From a virus (Duplodnaviria; Heunggongvirae; Uroviricota; Caudoviricetes): a stretch of DNA of 18,745 nucleotides. Shown here piece by piece: positions 15,985 to 18,745 of this stretch. Position 1 is the first letter of the stretch, and each line of letters starts with the position of its first letter. Below the pieces are notes generated by a model, which was not told the origin of the DNA, searched no databases, and saw nothing but the letters and a program-made list of their open reading frames with translations. The stretch covers positions 1 through 18,745 of IMG/VR virus record IMGVR_UViG_2563366948_000001; one strand, 5' to 3'. The position numbers were made by a program, and so were the translations under genes.

Positions 15985-16353
15985 ATGCGTAAACTTTATG
16001 CCGCCATTTTTTCCGCAGCCATTTGTCTGGCCGTATCCGGTGCGCCTGCATGGGCATCTGAACATCAGTCCACGCTGAGCGCGGGGTATCTTCATGCCTC
16101 GACGAACGTTCCCGGCAGCGATGATCTGAACGGGATTAACGTGAAATACCGTTATGAGTTTACGGACACACTGGGGCTGGTGACGTCATTCAGCTATGCA
16201 GGAGACAAGAATCGCCAGCTGACCCGTTACAGCGATATCCGCTGGCATGAAGATTCCGTTCGTAACCGCTGGTTCAGCGTAATGGCGGGGCCGTCTGTGC
16301 GCGTGAATGAATGGTTCAGCGCGTATGCGATGGCGGGTACCTTCTGCCCGTAA
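15985..16353 (+). pseudogene. lom: lom (Ail/Lom-family outer-membrane protein), truncated after codon 118
   Basis: MRKLYAAIFSAAICLAVSGAPAWASEHQSTLSAGYLHAS... matches lambda Lom up to ...WFSAYAMAG, then TFCP-stop; lambda Lom is ~206 aa. Confidence 0.8.
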
Positions 16354-17539
16354 GGTGAATGGTAAGGCGCTTTCAGCGGATATAACACTGACGCCGAAAG
16401 ATATTGGTACGCTTAACTCAACAACAATGTCATTCAGCGGTGGTGCTGGTTGGTTCAAATTAGCAACGGTAACCATGCCACAGGCGAGTTCTGTTGTTTC
16501 AATTACGTTGATTGGTGGCGCGGGATTTAACGTGGGGTCACCTCAACAGGCAGGTATATCTGAACTTGTTTTGCGTGCAGGTAATGGTAATCCGAAGGGG
16601 ATTACTGGTGCTTTATGGCAGCGCACATCGACAGGGTTTACAAATTTTGCCTGGGTCAATACATCTGGTGATACTTACGATATTTACGTTGCAATCGGAA
16701 ATTATGCGACTGGTGTAAATATTCAATGGGATTATACCAGTAATGCCAGCGTGACGATTCATACGTCACCAGCATATTCTGCTAATAAGCCGGAAGGGTT
16801 AACGGACGGTACAGTTTATTCACTCTATACGCCATCAGAGCAGTTTTATCCGCCTGGCGCACCAATCCCGTGGCCATCAGATACCGTTCCGTCTGGCTAT
16901 GCCCTGATGCAAGGGCAGACTTTTGACAAATCTGCATACCCGAAACTTGCAGCCGCTTATCCGTCAGGCGTGATCCCTGATATGCGTGGCTGGACGATTA
17001 AGGGCAAACCCGCCAGTGGTCGTGCCGTATTGTCTCAGGAACAGGACGGCATTAAATCGCACACCCACAGCGCCAGCGCATCCAGTACGGATTTGGGGAC
17101 GAAAAACACATCGTCGTTTGATTACGGAACCAAATCCACGAATAACACCGGGGCGCATACCCATAGTATTAGCGGGACTGCAAATAGTGCCGGTGCGCAC
17201 CAACACAAGAGTTCCGGTGCATTTGGTGGCACGAACACGAGCATTTTCCCTAATGGTTATACCGCGATTTCAAATCTAAGCGCGGGGATTATGAGCACAA
17301 CAAGCGGTAGTGGCCAGACTCGTAATGCAGGGAAGACATCATCAGATGGTGCTCATACCCACTCGCTGTCCGGCACTGCTGCAAGCGCAGGCGCACACGC
17401 ACATACTGTCGGTATTGGTGCTCATACGCACTCCGTTGCGATTGGCTCACATGGACACACCATCACCGTTAACGCTGCTGGTAACGCGGAAAACACCGTC
17501 AAAAACATCGCATTTAACTATATTGTGAGGCTTGCATAA
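16339..17539 (+). pseudogene. stf: Side tail fibre Stf, C-terminal ~400 codons only
   Basis: Open frame continuous with track ORF 16307-17539; contains tail-fibre-type His-rich repeats (GAHTHS, GAHQHK, GAHAHT, GSHGHT); no credible start; abuts truncated lom. Confidence 0.75.
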
Positions 17540-18120
17540 TGGCATTCAGAATGAGTGAACAAGCACGGACCATAAAAATTTATAATCTGCTGGCCGGAAC
17601 TAATGAATTTATTGGTGAAGGTGACGCATATATTCCGCCTCATACAGGTCTGCCAGCAAACAGTACCGATATTGCACCGCCAGATATTCCGGCTGGCTTC
17701 GTGGCTGTTTTCAACAGTGATGAGTCATCGTGGCATCTCGTTGAAGATCATCGGGGTAAAACGGTTTATGACGTGGCTTCCGGCGATGCGTTATTTATTT
17801 CTGAACTCGGTCCGTTACCGGAAAATGTTACCTGGTTATCGCCGGGAGGGGAGTTTCAGAAGTGGAACGGCACAGCCTGGGTGAAGGATACGGAAGCAGA
17901 AAAACTGTTCCGGATCCGGGAGGCGGAAGAAACAAAAAACAGCCTGATGCAGGTAGCCAGTGAGCATATAGCGCCGCTTCAGGATGCTGTGGATCTGGAA
18001 ATCGCAACGGAGGAAGAAACCTTGTTGCTGGAAGCCTGGAAAAAGTATCGGGTGTTGCTGAACCGTGTTGATACATCAACTGCACCGGATATTGAATGGC
18101 CAGTAGCACCTATAGGGTAA
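17539..18120 (+). CDS. tfa: Tail fibre assembly protein Tfa
   Basis: 193 aa [54 protein letters not shown]..., recognised as lambda Tfa; start overlaps stf stop. Confidence 0.9.
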   Translation: MAFRMSEQARTIKIYNLLAGTNEFIGEGDAYIPPHTGLPANSTDIAPPDIPAGFVAVFNSDESSWHLVEDHRGKTVYDVASGDALFISELGPLPENVTWLSPGGEFQKWNGTAWVKDTEAEKLFRIREAEETKNSLMQVASEHIAPLQDAVDLEIATEEETLLLEAWKKYRVLLNRVDTSTAPDIEWPVAPIG

Positions 18121-18200
18121 ATTCGTAATGATTACCTAAATACGTTATTCTTTTGTTAAAAAAGTGATTTTGCTATAGGTAGGGAGTATGTTCTTGGATT

Positions 18201-18237
18201 AAGAATAAAAAATCGCCATGAAAGAGCTTCATGGCGA
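18201..18237 (-). terminator. Intrinsic terminator facing tfa (3' end of a leftward transcription unit now interrupted by IS1)
   Basis: 10-bp stem TCGCCATGAA / TTCATGGCGA with loop AGAGC (18213-18237), followed on the minus strand by TTTTTTATTCTT. Confidence 0.5.
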
Positions 18238-18256
18238 GTACGGTAATGACTCCAAC

Positions 18257-18634
18257 TTATTGATAGTGTTTTATGTTCAGATAATGCCCGATGACTTTGT
18301 CATGCAGCTCCACCGATTTTGAGAACGACAGCGACTTCCGTCCCAGCCGTGCCAGGTGCTGCCTCAGATTCAGGTTATGCCGCTCAATTCGCTGCGTATA
18401 TCGCTTGCTGATTACGTGCAGCTTTCCCTTCAGGCGGGATTCATACAGCGGCCAGCCATCCGTCATCCATATCACCACGTCAAAGGGTGACAGCAGGCTC
18501 ATAAGACGCCCCAGCGTCGCCATAGTGCGTTCACCGAATACGTGCGCAACAACCGTCTTCCGGAGACTGTCATACGCGTAAAACAGCCAGCGCTGGCGCG
18601 ATTTAGCCCCGACATAGCCCCACTGTTCGTCCAT
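18257..18634 (-). CDS. insB: IS1 transposase InsB segment (made in vivo as InsAB' by -1 frameshift)
   Basis: 125-aa [51 protein letters not shown]..., recognised as IS1 InsB. Confidence 0.9.
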   Translation of the reverse strand: MDEQWGYVGAKSRQRWLFYAYDSLRKTVVAHVFGERTMATLGRLMSLLSPFDVVIWMTDGWPLYESRLKGKLHVISKRYTQRIERHNLNLRQHLARLGRKSLSFSKSVELHDKVIGHYLNIKHYQ

Positions 18635-18678
18635 TTCCGCGCAGACGATGACGTCACTGCCCGGCTGTATGCGCGAGG

Positions 18679-18745
18679 TTACCGACTGCGGCCTGAGTTT
18701 TTTAAGTGACGTAAAATCGTGTTGAGGCCAACGCCCATAATGCGG
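18679..18745 (-). CDS. insA: IS1 InsA, 3' portion only (5' end beyond window)
   Basis: Minus-strand reading ...[18 protein letters not shown]-stop with stop at 18679-18681; contains the slippery A6C site. Confidence 0.8.
   Translation of the reverse strand, partial: RIMGVGLNTILRHLKNSGRSR

Larger units (their letters stand above)
1331..18745. mobile_element. Defective mosaic lambda-family prophage (lambda-like left arm plus DLP12/phage-21-like nin-Q-lysis module); right end beyond window
   Basis: attL, int, xis, exo, P, cos, nu1, J, lom, stf, tfa remnants in lambda prophage order; internal deletions and IS1. Confidence 0.9.
18242..18745 (-). mobile_element. IS1: IS1 insertion sequence, partial (about 504 of 768 bp in window)
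   Basis: Terminal inverted repeat GGTAATGACTCCAACTTATTGAT at 18242-18264; insB and the 3' end of insA on the minus strand; A6C frameshift motif at 18697-18703. Confidence 0.9.

Noticed and set aside
16964-18109. Alternative-frame ORFs (80, 97, 72, 93, 93 aa) within stf and tfa
   Set aside because: They overlap the His-repeat Stf frame and the recognised Tfa frame; Arg/Pro-rich compositions indicate off-frame artefacts.
1-18745. Naming the host strain (the architecture resembles defective lambda-like prophages reported at attB in E. coli B-lineage strains)
   Set aside because: Cannot be verified without a database search; kept as a hypothesis only.

Overview
This window is the left ~17.4 kb of a defective, mosaic lambda-family prophage integrated at the lambda attachment site next to host ybhC (1-1284, minus strand). 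All protein identifications are from my recollection of reference sequences, not from searches. Layout: attL core (1331-1345) with P' arm; int and xis; a leftward early block (zinc-ribbon ORF, MazG-like/DUF551 protein, Ea22-like ORF, TraR-like orf73, orf63, orf60a, exo); a deletion scar joining the last ~14 codons of bet to the last ~83 codons of O (junction 5773-5776), which removes gam through cII including the cI/cro immunity region and ori; intact P; truncated ren; a ~1.7 kb cargo block of unknown function (low-GC secreted-protein gene, ~640 bp without ORFs, 66-aa ORF); a DLP12/phage-21-like module (ybcN, ninE, ybcO, rusA, ylcG, Q antiterminator, an intact converse-strand porin with a hairpin-rich 3' UTR, pinholin, SAR endolysin, Rz with embedded Rz1, bor); an intact cos site; an in-frame Nu1-J fusion that marks loss of all head and tail genes; truncated lom fused to the C-terminal part of stf; tfa; and an IS1 copy running off the window end. 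No CRISPR array, tRNA or rRNA was seen. I could not identify any recognised defence system; the best candidate for something undescribed is the cargo block at 6897-8581.
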